From positions 3,224 through 67,223 of the forward strand of contig JACPGB010000016.1 of NCBI GenBank assembly GCA_016182655.1: a stretch of 64,000 bases of DNA. Reading direction: 5' to 3'. Each line of letters begins with the position of its first letter. Positions within the stretch are counted from its first letter, which is position 1. The position numbers and the translations under genes are program-made. The notes beneath the pieces are model-generated. The model worked only from the letters and a program-made list of their open reading frames with translations, was not told the DNA's origin and made no database searches. Origin of the DNA: Deltaproteobacteria bacterium. Lineage in GTDB: Bacteria > Desulfobacterota > GWC2-55-46. Shown here one piece after another: positions 1 through 7,943 of this stretch.

Positions 1-932
1 TTATCCAGCCAGTGCATCGCGGAGCTTATGAGGAACGAGCGCACTTCGTTCCTGCCGTAGTTGAATATGAAGCTCGCCCAGTCGGGGTGGAAGCCCTTTT
101 TCGGGTCGGCGTGCTCGAAGAGGTGCGTGCCGTCGAAGTACGCGAGCCCGTACTCGTCCGACGGGAAATGAGAAGGGACCCAGTCGAGGATGACCCCGAT
201 GCCGTTCTGGTGGAGGTGGTCGACGAGGTACATGAAGTCCTGGGGGGTGCCGTATCTTGAAGTCGGCGCGAAGTAGCCGAGCGTCTGGTAACCCCAGGAG
301 CCGTAGAACGGGTGCTCCATGACCGGGAGGAACTCAACGTGCGTAAAGCCCATCTCCTTCACATAGTCGGCGAGTTGGTGGGCGAGCTCCCGGTAATCGA
401 GCGGGCGGTTGTTGTCCTCGGGGACGCGCCTCCAGGAGCCTATGTGTACTTCATAGATGGAGATCGGTGACTTGAGGTTGTTTCTGAGATGCCTGTTCTG
501 CATCCAGTCGAGGTCGTTCCACTTGTAGCTTAAGTCCCACACGACCGAGGCGGTCTTGGGAGGCGTCTCCCAACGGACGGCAAAGGGGTCGCCCTTCTGG
601 ACCCTGTAGTCGTGGTACTTCGATTTTATGTGGTACTTGTAAAGCGTGCCCGCGCCGAGCCCGGGCATGAACCCCTCCCATATCCCTGACCAGTCGTCCC
701 GGACAGAAAGCTTGTGCGTCTCGGTGTTCCAGGAGTTGAAGTCGCCTATTACCGAGACCTCTTCGGCGTTCGGGGCCCAGACAGCGAAGTGCACGCCTTT
801 GACGCCTTTCACCTCGGCGAGATGCGAACCGAGCTTGTTGTAGAGCTTGAAGTGGCTGCCTTCCTTGAAGAAGTAGACATCGTGGTCGGTGATATGACCC
901 GCGCCGTAGATTATGGCGTCCTTGGTTTGCAT
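1..932 (-). CDS. glgB: 1,4-alpha-glucan (glycogen) branching enzyme GlgB, N-terminal part; gene continues beyond window start
   Basis: Reverse-strand translation from ATG at 930-932 reads MQTKDAIIYGAGHITDHDVYFFKEGSHFKLYNKLGSH...GDPFAVRWETPPKTASVVWDL...IYEVHIGSWRR...GFTHVEFLPVMEHPFYGSWGYQ, characteristic of the GlgB N-terminal/CBM48 and catalytic region. It is not in the ORF track because it has no stop inside the window. Confidence 0.85.
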   Translation of the reverse strand, partial: MQTKDAIIYGAGHITDHDVYFFKEGSHFKLYNKLGSHLAEVKGVKGVHFAVWAPNAEEVSVIGDFNSWNTETHKLSVRDDWSGIWEGFMPGLGAGTLYKYHIKSKYHDYRVQKGDPFAVRWETPPKTASVVWDLSYKWNDLDWMQNRHLRNNLKSPISIYEVHIGSWRRVPEDNNRPLDYRELAHQLADYVKEMGFTHVEFLPVMEHPFYGSWGYQTLGYFAPTSRYGTPQDFMYLVDHLHQNGIGVILDWVPSHFPSDEYGLAYFDGTHLFEHADPKKGFHPDWASFIFNYGRNEVRSFLISSAMHWLD

Positions 933-1144
933 CCGCGCTACTCCTTTTCGAAAAGATGTTTGAAGGAATAAATATACCATAAAAGACGGTTTTTGTAGCC
1001 TGATTGTAGAAAAGACCCTCAGGGCCTCCGAATATTACTAAAAAAACACCCGTCAAGAGGGCGTTTCCGGGTTTTAACAATTGAATTTTCCGCGATATTC
1101 CATTATATTGTTCTACAATCGTTTGTTGATGAAAAGGGGCCCTA

Positions 1145-1900
1145 TTGGCTGATAAAACCGAGAAAAAAGTAATACTCATATCCAACGACGACGGCATCCG
1201 CTCCGAAGGCATATTGAAGCTCGCAAGCGCTCTTAAGAAGGCCGGTACGGTATATGTCGTCGCCCCGGACAGGGAAAGGAGCGCGGCGAGCCACTCGCTC
1301 ACACTCCATAGGCCCTTAAGGGTCGAGGAGGTGGCGAAAAGGATGTTCGCGGTAGACGGCACGCCGACGGACTGCGTGACGCTTGCGGTAAACGGCATTT
1401 TGCCCGTCAGGCCCGACATAGTGGTATCCGGCATAAACAAGGGTGGGAACCTCGGCGAGGACGTATCGTACTCCGGGACGGTTTCGGCCGCGATGGAAGG
1501 CACGCTCCTCGGCATCCCGTCTATCGCATTCTCTCTTGCCAAGAGGGAGGACTTCGACTTTGGCCCGGCATCCGAGTTCGCATTGAAGCTCGTCCGGTTC
1601 GTGTTCAAGAAGGGGTTGCCCAAGGACACGCTCCTCAACGTCAATATCCCGCCGGTCAAGAGGATAAAGGGTTACAAGATCACCCGGCAGGGGAAGCGGT
1701 TTTTCAGCGACGTGGTCGTCGAAAAGGTCGACCCCAGGGGAAAGAAGTACTACTGGATAGGCGGGGCCATGGAGAGGTGGGAAGGCGGAGAGGACGCCGA
1801 CTACTTCGCCATAAGCAAGGGATACATATCCATTACGCCCATACACCTCGACATGACGAATATGAGCTCGATGCAGGAGCTTCGCAAGTGGAAGATATAA
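1145..1900 (+). CDS. surE: 5'/3'-nucleotidase SurE (TTG start)
   Basis: ILISNDDGIRSEG...VVAPDRERSAASHSLT motif block of the SurE family; followed by pcm as in the conserved surE-pcm operon. Confidence 0.9.
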   Translation: MADKTEKKVILISNDDGIRSEGILKLASALKKAGTVYVVAPDRERSAASHSLTLHRPLRVEEVAKRMFAVDGTPTDCVTLAVNGILPVRPDIVVSGINKGGNLGEDVSYSGTVSAAMEGTLLGIPSIAFSLAKREDFDFGPASEFALKLVRFVFKKGLPKDTLLNVNIPPVKRIKGYKITRQGKRFFSDVVVEKVDPRGKKYYWIGGAMERWEGGEDADYFAISKGYISITPIHLDMTNMSSMQELRKWKI

Positions 1901-1993
1901 AAGAGCGCCAAACTAAAGCATACCTGCGTTGCTGAGGCGGGTTCAAGTTTGAAACTTGAACCCGAAAAATCGTATAGGTTATACGAACTATAT

Positions 1994-2188
1994 GGTTCAG
2001 GTTGCAAACCAGTAGTGTCCGGTAAAAATTGAAAATTTCTTTGAAAATATGGGGCCTTATCTGGCTCTTTTATTAGCCGGACAGCATGTAGTAACCCTTA
2101 AAATAGCTATAAGAGCCTATTTGCACAAAGAAAATCTACCGATGAACTTGAAAATTTAACCGGACAGTAGTGGTTGCAAACCTGAACC
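1994..2188. repeat. MITE-like AT-rich element bounded by ~30-bp imperfect inverted repeats (1994-2023 and 2159-2188), preceded by a 13-bp-arm perfect palindrome at 1938-1964
   Basis: ggttcaggttgcaaaccagtagtgtccggt at 1994-2023 versus reverse complement of accggacagtagtggttgcaaacctgaacc at 2159-2188 (about 24/30 identical); internal segment ~38% GC in a ~60% GC genome; shared internal ttgaaaattt motifs. Confidence 0.4.
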
Positions 2189-2268
2189 CGCAAAAGATAA
2201 AATAGGCCTCCTTATGGGCACTGTGACCATAATCCCCCTTTATAGAATGGGGGAGGTGAACAACTGAC

Positions 2269-2937
2269 ATGACGATCCGCGTAAAAAGGGACATATACGA
2301 GAGACAGCGCCAGCAGATGCTGGACAACCACCTCATCCCGAGGGGCATAAGCCAGTTGCAGGTCCTTCACGCCATGCGCACGGTCCCCCGCCACATCTTC
2401 GTCGAAGAGGCGCTCTACTCGCAGGCATACAACGACTGCCCCTTGCCGATAGGCGAAAAACAGACCATCTCCCAGCCCTATACAGTCGCCCTCATGACAG
2501 AGGCCTTGAAACTCGACGGCACCGAAAGGGTGCTCGAGATAGGCACGGGCTCGGGCTACCAGACGGCGGTCCTCTCCATTCTCGCCTACAAGGTCTACTC
2601 GATCGAGCGGCTCTCGACCATCGCGGCGCGCGCCAGAAAGATACTCGACGGGCTTCTTTGCTCAAATGCGATAATAAGAGTCGCGGACGGCACTACCGGC
2701 TGGAAAGACGAGGCGCCGTTCGACGCCATAATAACGACCGCTGGCTCCCCGCAGGTCCCTGCCGCCTACGTCGAACAACTCAAACCCGGCGGACGCCTCG
2801 TAATACCCGTAGGCCCCGAAGACTCCCAGGAACTTCTCCGCATCACCAAAAAGACCGACGGCTCGACCGTGACTGAAACGCTCGGCGGCTGTAAATTCGT
2901 AAAACTCATCGGCAAACACGGCTGGTCCAAGAGTTGA
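2269..2937 (+). CDS. pcm: protein-L-isoaspartate(D-aspartate) O-methyltransferase
   Basis: [18 protein letters not shown]-binding motif and overall PIMT family similarity; position between surE and nlpD. Confidence 0.9.
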   Translation: MTIRVKRDIYERQRQQMLDNHLIPRGISQLQVLHAMRTVPRHIFVEEALYSQAYNDCPLPIGEKQTISQPYTVALMTEALKLDGTERVLEIGTGSGYQTAVLSILAYKVYSIERLSTIAARARKILDGLLCSNAIIRVADGTTGWKDEAPFDAIITTAGSPQVPAAYVEQLKPGGRLVIPVGPEDSQELLRITKKTDGSTVTETLGGCKFVKLIGKHGWSKS

Positions 2938-2981
2938 TCGAGGTCCACACGCCAGTCCCCGTTGCTCGTCTCAGGTGTCTT

Positions 2982-3668
2982 ATGGCTAAAGCCCTCAAAT
3001 TCCCCTCCCTTTGTTTCCCTTTTATCCTCACCCTTTTACTTTTCCTTAGCGGCTGCCTCAGTGGAAGGGGCGTCTACCATACCGTCCATAAGGGAGAGAC
3101 CCTCTACAGGATATGCAAGACGTATAAAGTAGATATCCAGGACGTCGCCGAGCTCAATAACATCAAGGACCCGACGGAGATAAAGACCGGCAAGAGGATA
3201 TTCATCCCCGGGGCAAGGAGGGTTAAAAAGGTCACGCCCTATATGGCAGGGGCAGGTAACGCAGAGAAGGAGCCGGAGGGAAAGATCGTAATTGAAAAGG
3301 ACAGGTTCTCATGGCCTGTCCACGGTGTCATGGAGTCGGCCTTCGGGCCGAGGGGTGGGGGGCGTCACGACGGCATAGATATCTCGGCAAAGGAAGGCAC
3401 ACCCGTGAAGGCGGCCGATAACGGCGAGGTCGTCTACGTGAGCTCAAGTTTCCGCGGCTATGGCAATATCGTCATACTTAAACATAAGGATGATTTTTAT
3501 ACAGTATATGCGCACAACGAAGAAAACCTTGTTAAAACAGGTGAATCCGTTAAAAAGGGGGAGGTAATAGCAAAGGTCGGCTCGACCGGAAACGCAACCG
3601 GAAGCCACCTCCACTTCGAGGTCAGGCAGGGGAAGATTGTAAGGAACCCTCTTTTTTTCTTGCCTTGA
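2982..3668 (+). CDS. nlpD: LysM-domain M23 family peptidase/activator lipoprotein NlpD-like
   Basis: Lipoprotein signal (LLLFLSGC), LysM (HTVHKGETLYRICKTYKVDIQDVAELNNI), M23 peptidase core (HDGIDISAKEGTPVKAADNGEVVYV...GSTGNATGSHLHFEV); start taken at internal ATG 2982 after pcm stop. Confidence 0.8.
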   Translation: MAKALKFPSLCFPFILTLLLFLSGCLSGRGVYHTVHKGETLYRICKTYKVDIQDVAELNNIKDPTEIKTGKRIFIPGARRVKKVTPYMAGAGNAEKEPEGKIVIEKDRFSWPVHGVMESAFGPRGGGRHDGIDISAKEGTPVKAADNGEVVYVSSSFRGYGNIVILKHKDDFYTVYAHNEENLVKTGESVKKGEVIAKVGSTGNATGSHLHFEVRQGKIVRNPLFFLP

Positions 3669-3754
3669 CCCGATTTTTATAGTAGAAACAATATAATACA
3701 AAAAACCAAAACCGCATCCCGGTGGCCGCTTCTCGTTTGGAAAAGGGGTGAGAT

Positions 3755-4663
3755 ATGAGAAGAACGAACGCACGGACCAAAGGCACGTTCATCCCGAGGC
3801 TCATCGAGGAAAGGGAACCCGCTCAAAGCCCATCAACTGATTCTTTAACCATCTTTTTCAGTTCAATAAAAAGGTACCCCCTCCTCACATCCAGGGAAGA
3901 AAAAGACCTCGCCAAAAGGATATCCAAGGGCGACCCGAAGGCCCGCCACCGGATGATAGAGTCGAACTTGAGGCTCGTCGTCAATATCGCTAAAAAATAC
4001 ATTAACAGGGGGTTCCCGCTCCAGGACCTGATCGAGGAGGGGAATATCGGGCTTATAAAGTCGGTCGAGCGGTTCAGGGCCTCGAAGGGGTGCAAGTTTT
4101 CGACATACGCGACCTACTGGATCAGGCAGTCGATAGAAAGGGCGCTCGCCAACCAGTCGAACGTCGTCAGGCTCCCGATACACATCTCCGCCGACATAGC
4201 CAAGTTGAGCAGGGCCACCCACGAGCTCATGATGACGCTTCACAGGGAGCCGGATATCCGGGAGCTTGCCGAAAGGACCGGTTTTTCAGGCAGGTACGTT
4301 AAAAAACTTGACATCGTCTCCAAAAAAAGTTATTCACTCGAAGCGGCCCTGCCGGACGGCTCCGACCAGACTTTGCTGGATAAGCTCGAGGACTCAAGCG
4401 CCATGCCACAGCTTGAAATGCTCGATCTGGCCAGAAAGTCCCGTAAGATAGAGGCCTGGCTCACGCTCTTGAGCGAATCAGAGAGGCGTATCATAAGGCT
4501 GAGATTCGGCCTCGATTGCGCCGGCCCCCAGACCCTCGAGGAGATAGGCAAGGCCTTTGGCATTACAAGGGAGAGGGTTAGGCAGATAGAGGTAAAGGCG
4601 CTCACCAAACTCAAGAAGATAATCGTCGAGAGGAACCATATAGCTACGCTCGACGCAGTTTAG
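3755..4663 (+). CDS. rpoS: RNA polymerase sigma factor RpoS-like (sigma-70 group 2)
   Basis: MIESNLRLVVNIAKKY...DLIEEGNIGLIKSVERF...FSTYATYWIRQSIERA...VRLPIHI closely parallels E. coli RpoS regions 2-3, including the RLPIHI signature; canonical nlpD-rpoS linkage. Confidence 0.85.
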   Translation: MRRTNARTKGTFIPRLIEEREPAQSPSTDSLTIFFSSIKRYPLLTSREEKDLAKRISKGDPKARHRMIESNLRLVVNIAKKYINRGFPLQDLIEEGNIGLIKSVERFRASKGCKFSTYATYWIRQSIERALANQSNVVRLPIHISADIAKLSRATHELMMTLHREPDIRELAERTGFSGRYVKKLDIVSKKSYSLEAALPDGSDQTLLDKLEDSSAMPQLEMLDLARKSRKIEAWLTLLSESERRIIRLRFGLDCAGPQTLEEIGKAFGITRERVRQIEVKALTKLKKIIVERNHIATLDAV

Positions 4664-4696
4664 TCATACATACTACGAAGCGGCAAGGAGAAGGAA

Positions 4697-5215
4697 ATGG
4701 TCGAGGATCTAAAAAAATCGATACGCGACGTCCCTGATTTCCCGAAAAAGGGGATACTCTTCAAGGACATAACCACGCTTTGCAAGGAGCCCGCGCTCTT
4801 TCAGCGCATGGTCGACCTCCTCGGCCACCGCTATGTCGGGAAAAAGGTCGATCTCGTCGTGGGCATAGAGGCGAGGGGCTTTATCATCGGCGCCGCGCTC
4901 GCCTACAAGCTCGGGGCCGGGATAGTGCTCGTCAGAAAGCCCGGCAAGCTCCCGCACAAGACCCACAAGGCGAGCTATACGCTCGAGTACGGCAAGGACT
5001 CGCTCGAAATACATCAGGACGCGATAGAGAAGGGCCAGAATGTGATAATAGCCGACGACCTTCTTGCAACGGGCGGCACAGCCGGGGCGGTCGCGAACCT
5101 CGTTAAGGAGATGGGCGGCAACATCGTCGAGTGCGCCTTCATCGTGGAGCTCGAAGAGCTGAACGGCCGGGAAAAGCTCACCCCGCACCCGGTGTTCTCT
5201 CTCATTAAATATTAG
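4697..5215 (+). CDS. apt: adenine phosphoribosyltransferase
   Basis: PRTase motif [16 protein letters not shown] and overall Apt family similarity ([14 protein letters not shown]...). Confidence 0.9.
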   Translation: MVEDLKKSIRDVPDFPKKGILFKDITTLCKEPALFQRMVDLLGHRYVGKKVDLVVGIEARGFIIGAALAYKLGAGIVLVRKPGKLPHKTHKASYTLEYGKDSLEIHQDAIEKGQNVIIADDLLATGGTAGAVANLVKEMGGNIVECAFIVELEELNGREKLTPHPVFSLIKY

Positions 5216-5241
5216 TCTGCATTAAATCGATTTTTCAGAAG

Positions 5242-5275
5242 AGGCGGGACTAACGAGTCCCGCCTTTATTTTTTA
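5242..5275 (+). terminator. rho-independent terminator after apt
   Basis: aggcgggact-aacg-agtcccgcct hairpin followed by ttatttttta. Confidence 0.6.
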
Positions 5276-5295
5276 ACCAAAGGCCGCCTTCGTCT

Positions 5296-6543
5296 ATGCC
5301 GTCATACGTCCCCCTTGCCGTCCTTGCGATAGTCTTCATCCTCATAGCCGTAAGGCAGATAGGGTCGCTCCGCCTGAAAATTTGGCAGATAATGGCCGGA
5401 GGCGCGGCGATCGTCGTGGCAACGGGCTCGATTACGCCGCTGGACGCGCTCAAGGCCATAGACATCGATGTGATAGTCTTCCTCTTCGGGATGTTCGTCG
5501 TCGGAGAGGCCCTTGTAAGGAGCGGGTATCTCTACCACATAGCACACGACGCGTTTAGATTCGCAAAAAGCCCCGGCAACCTCGTCCTCATCATGCTCAT
5601 CGTCGTAGGCGGCCTCTCTGCCTTTCTCATGAACGACACGCTTGCGGTCATAGGCACGCCGCTGGCCGTCTTTGCGGCCGAGAGATATAGGATAAACTCC
5701 AAGCTTCTCCTCCTGACTATCTGTTTTGCAACGACAATCGGCAGTGTCGCAAGCCCCATCGGGAACCCCCAGAACCTCCTTGTGGCCATAAACGGACCTG
5801 TTGCCGCGCCGTTCTGGACATTCTTCAAATACCTCTTCATCCCGACGATAGTAAACCTCGTTGCAGCCTATGCAGTCCTCAAGGTCGTCTACCGTGGCCA
5901 CTTTACCGAAGACGAGGTCTCCTCCGTCAGGGAAGAGATAGGGGACCAAACCCTTGCCCGCCTCTCCCGGCTATCCCTCGTCATCATCTTCACTATGGTA
6001 GCTCTCAAGGCCGCCTCTTTCGCGCTCGGGGGCGCGTTCGACTTCAGGCTCACTTACATAGCGATTGTCGCGGCCCTGCCGATTATCATATTGAGCGGGA
6101 GGAGGATCGAGATACTTAAGTCGATAGACTGGCCGACGCTCCTCTTCTTTGCCGCGCTCTTTATCCTCATGAAGAGTGTGTGGGAGAGCGGTGTGATACA
6201 GCCCGTCCTGTCTTCAATGGGCCTCGACCTCTCTTCGACCGGACTCATACTCGTCCTTAGCGTCCTGTTGAGCCAGATATTATCGAATGTCCCGTTCGTC
6301 GCGCTCTACCTTCCGGTGCTGGGCCACATCGGCGCGAATGAAACGGCGCTCATGGCCCTTGCCGCAGGCTCGACCATAGCCGGGAACCTCTTCATACTCG
6401 GGGCCGCGAGCAATGTCATAGTCATACAGAACGCGGAGAGGCAGGGGCATACGCTTACTTTTTTTGAGTTCGCGAAGGCCGGGGTGCCGCTTACGGTGAT
6501 CAATATATTTGTCTATTGGGTTTGGTTCAGGATAATAGGGTAG
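5296..6543 (+). CDS. ArsB/NhaD-superfamily (IT superfamily) anion/cation permease
   Basis: About 12 predicted TM segments; IGNPQNLL motif typical of the ArsB/NhaD/CitMHS ion-transporter superfamily. Confidence 0.7.
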   Translation: MPSYVPLAVLAIVFILIAVRQIGSLRLKIWQIMAGGAAIVVATGSITPLDALKAIDIDVIVFLFGMFVVGEALVRSGYLYHIAHDAFRFAKSPGNLVLIMLIVVGGLSAFLMNDTLAVIGTPLAVFAAERYRINSKLLLLTICFATTIGSVASPIGNPQNLLVAINGPVAAPFWTFFKYLFIPTIVNLVAAYAVLKVVYRGHFTEDEVSSVREEIGDQTLARLSRLSLVIIFTMVALKAASFALGGAFDFRLTYIAIVAALPIIILSGRRIEILKSIDWPTLLFFAALFILMKSVWESGVIQPVLSSMGLDLSSTGLILVLSVLLSQILSNVPFVALYLPVLGHIGANETALMALAAGSTIAGNLFILGAASNVIVIQNAERQGHTLTFFEFAKAGVPLTVINIFVYWVWFRIIG

Positions 6544-6581
6544 GTGCTGGCGATGGCTTTAATACAAAACACCCCTCCCAA

Positions 6582-6650
6582 CCTCCCCTTGTTAAGGGGA
6601 GGAGTTCGATCAGCTCCCCTCCTTTACAAGGAGGGGCCAGGGGAGGTCGT
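6582..6650. terminator. two tandem GC-rich hairpins between convergent genes (bidirectional terminators)
   Basis: cctcccctt-gtt-aaggggagg (6582-6602) and cccctcct-ttaca-aggagggg (6616-6636), the latter followed by tcgttttt on the plus strand and the former by a T-rich run on the minus strand. Confidence 0.45.
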
Positions 6651-6653
6651 TTT

Positions 6654-7820
6654 TCAATCTATCGCCATTATCACGCACTTAAGATACTCCGTCTCCGGCA
6701 CCGTTAGCGCGATCGGGTGGTCCTTTGCCTGCGAGCGGACTTCGAGTATGCGCCCGCTTTTTCCGGCATCCCTTGCCGCGAGCCTCAGCATCTCGAGGAA
6801 AGTGAGCCTGTCCACATGGAACGAGCACGAGGAGGTGGCAAAGATGCCGCCTTCTTTCAAGAGCTTCATGCACGAGGCGTTCAATTCCCTGTAGGCCTTG
6901 AGCCCTTCTTTCATATTGGCCTTCGATTTTACGAACGCAGGCGGGTCGAGGACGATCGCGTCGTAACGGGCGGCGCCTTTCGCGGCTTCCCCCTTCACGA
7001 ACTCGAATACGTCCGAACGGACAAAGGCGCACTTTTCAGACAGGTTATTCAGCCCGGCGTTCCTTCCGGCCTGTTTGATCGCCGCTTCTGACGAATCTAC
7101 CCCTGTCACATCAGAGCCCGCCTCGGCGAGCTTTATTGACCAGGCCCCCGTGTAGCAGAATAGGTCGAGCGCCTTGCCTTTACCTGCCAACCCCTTGAAC
7201 GCCTCCCTGTTCTCAGCCTGATCGAGGAAAAACCCGGTCTTCTGGCCTGCCATGGGGTCTACCTCGAAGAGAGTCCCGCGCTCTTTTATGATTGGAAGGG
7301 TCTCAAGGCTCCCCTTTATGACCCTCTTTTCCATATTGAGCCCTTCGAGGGTCCTGATAGAGGTGTCGTTCCTTAAGACTATCGTCTTGGGCTCAAAGAC
7401 CTCTTCGAGTGCGGCGATGACATGGCCGCCCTGCGCCTCCATGCCCAAGGTCGAGAACTGTATGGATAGCGTGTCGCCGTACTTATCGACTATGAGGCCG
7501 GGTAGACTATCGCTTTCGCTGAATACGGCCCTGAAGGCGTCCGTTTCTTTTACGAACCTTTTCCTCAATTCGAGCGCGGCCTTTATCCTCTGAACGAAAA
7601 AGGCGCGGTCTATCTCCTCTCTCTGCCTTGTAAGTATCCTTACGCTGATAAGCGAATGCGGGTTGGCGTAGCCTATGCCCAGGAATGCGCCTTTCATGTC
7701 CTTGAGCTCGACGAGGCCGCCAGGGGTGAGCCTCTTGGGGCTGCCGTCGAGCTCGTTCGAGAATACCCAGAGGTGCCCGGCGAGTATCCTCGAGGTCCTC
7801 CTGATTATTACCGTCTCCAT
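6654..7820 (-). CDS. class I SAM-dependent rRNA (cytosine-C5) methyltransferase, RlmI/YccW-like with N-terminal PUA-like domain
   Basis: LDLFCYTGAWS...VLDPPAF motif arrangement of the RlmI-type 23S rRNA m5C methyltransferases. Confidence 0.75.
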   Translation of the reverse strand: METVIIRRTSRILAGHLWVFSNELDGSPKRLTPGGLVELKDMKGAFLGIGYANPHSLISVRILTRQREEIDRAFFVQRIKAALELRKRFVKETDAFRAVFSESDSLPGLIVDKYGDTLSIQFSTLGMEAQGGHVIAALEEVFEPKTIVLRNDTSIRTLEGLNMEKRVIKGSLETLPIIKERGTLFEVDPMAGQKTGFFLDQAENREAFKGLAGKGKALDLFCYTGAWSIKLAEAGSDVTGVDSSEAAIKQAGRNAGLNNLSEKCAFVRSDVFEFVKGEAAKGAARYDAIVLDPPAFVKSKANMKEGLKAYRELNASCMKLLKEGGIFATSSCSFHVDRLTFLEMLRLAARDAGKSGRILEVRSQAKDHPIALTVPETEYLKCVIMAID

Positions 7821-7943
7821 CCGTTTACCTCCGATTGATGCTACATTATAGACGAGACCCCGCCTTACACAAGCTTTTTATTCCGGGCTATCAAGGGAAC
7901 GGAAATCGGATATAATATTATATAGTCCTAATTGGAGGCGCAG

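Noticed and set aside
451-1659. 402-aa minus-strand ORF overlapping glgB and surE
   Set aside because: It is antisense to two well-supported genes in a different frame. The translation is low-complexity, Arg/Ser/Leu-rich and typical of spurious ORFs in high-GC DNA.
1901-2268. Possible tRNA or other structured RNA gene in the AT-rich surE-pcm spacer
   Set aside because: No cloverleaf-compatible arrangement was found (no GTTC-type T-arm with matching acceptor stem). It is interpreted instead as an inverted-repeat element.
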